DNA of 64,000 bases from Candidatus Limnocylindria bacterium. Its GTDB lineage: Bacteria > Chloroflexota > Limnocylindria > QHBO01. Positions 63,798 to 64,000 of the stretch are shown here, piece by piece. The position numbers were made by a program, and so were the translations under genes. The DNA lies in contig JBBQXD010000012.1 of the NCBI GenBank assembly GCA_038209995.1, positions 1,514 to 65,513 of the forward strand, read 5' to 3'. The notes beneath the pieces were generated by a model. It did no database searches. It was not told where the DNA came from and saw nothing but the letters and a program-made list of their open reading frames with translations. Numbering within the stretch: the stretch's first letter is position 1; each line of letters begins with the position of its first letter.

Positions 63798-64000
63798 GCG
63801 TCGATCCGGTGGATCTGCGCGCCGAGCGCGACGAGCTTCGACTCGATCTGCTCGTAGCCGCGGTCGACGTGCTCGACGCCGCTGATGACGCTCGACTCCT
63901 GCGCCGCGAGGGCGGCCAGGATGAGCGTGGCGCCGGCGCGGAGGTCGGCGATCTCGACCTCGCGGCCATGGAGCTCGCTCGGGCCGGCGATCCGGGCGTG
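63794..64000 (-). CDS. murA: UDP-N-acetylglucosamine 1-carboxyvinyltransferase, C-terminal fragment (continues beyond window)
   Basis: Manual translation of the minus strand gives ...[50 protein letters not shown]. ATGA overlap with the downstream gene. It is not in the ORF track because the start lies outside the window. Confidence 0.8.
   Translation of the reverse strand, partial: [68 protein letters not shown]

Overview
Densely coding, very high-GC bacterial chromosomal segment. Hand counts of individual 60-nt lines are mostly about 70-77% G+C. Many adjacent genes share 4-nt ATGA/GTGA start-stop overlaps. I saw no rRNA, tRNA, CRISPR array, transposase or integrase by eye. The six-frame track is full of long Arg/Gly/Pro-rich shadow ORFs typical of high-GC DNA, so I kept only frames with recognisable family motifs or convincing membrane or signal features. 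The window has five blocks. (1) 0-5.5 kb: housekeeping genes (sigma-54 enhancer-binding response regulator, pcm, YggT-like, GT4 glycosyltransferase). (2) 6-15 kb: two OmpR/histidine-kinase pairs flanking an FtsX-type ABC exporter with two separate ATPase genes, which looks like a Bce-type sensing/detoxification module. (3) 15-36.4 kb: an unusual island made almost entirely of polytopic membrane proteins. It holds six GT87/DUF2029-like paralogs, three ArnT/PMT-like proteins, two further DxD-loop paralogs, a membrane-embedded spermidine-synthase-fold protein, a prenyltransferase-repeat protein and a Tat-signal DUF362 protein. I read it as a candidate extracytoplasmic glycan/lipoglycan assembly system of unknown product. 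It also contains a clearly lower-GC two-gene insert. (4) 36.7-55 kb: a Tad/Flp pilus locus with no secretin or prepilin peptidase in the window. It carries four TadE-like and two TadG-like proteins, and one TadE-like protein has a C-terminal PASTA-like domain. A DegS/DegU-like pair precedes the locus, and a repeated ~110-170 bp intergenic element plus tandem duplications lie upstream of the regulator and pilin genes. (5) 55-64 kb: housekeeping genes (comF, hpf, nfo, mreB with non-canonical operon partners, nei, murA 3' end). All functional calls rest on motif recognition from the supplied translations. No database search was run. Many start codons are uncertain by tens of codons.
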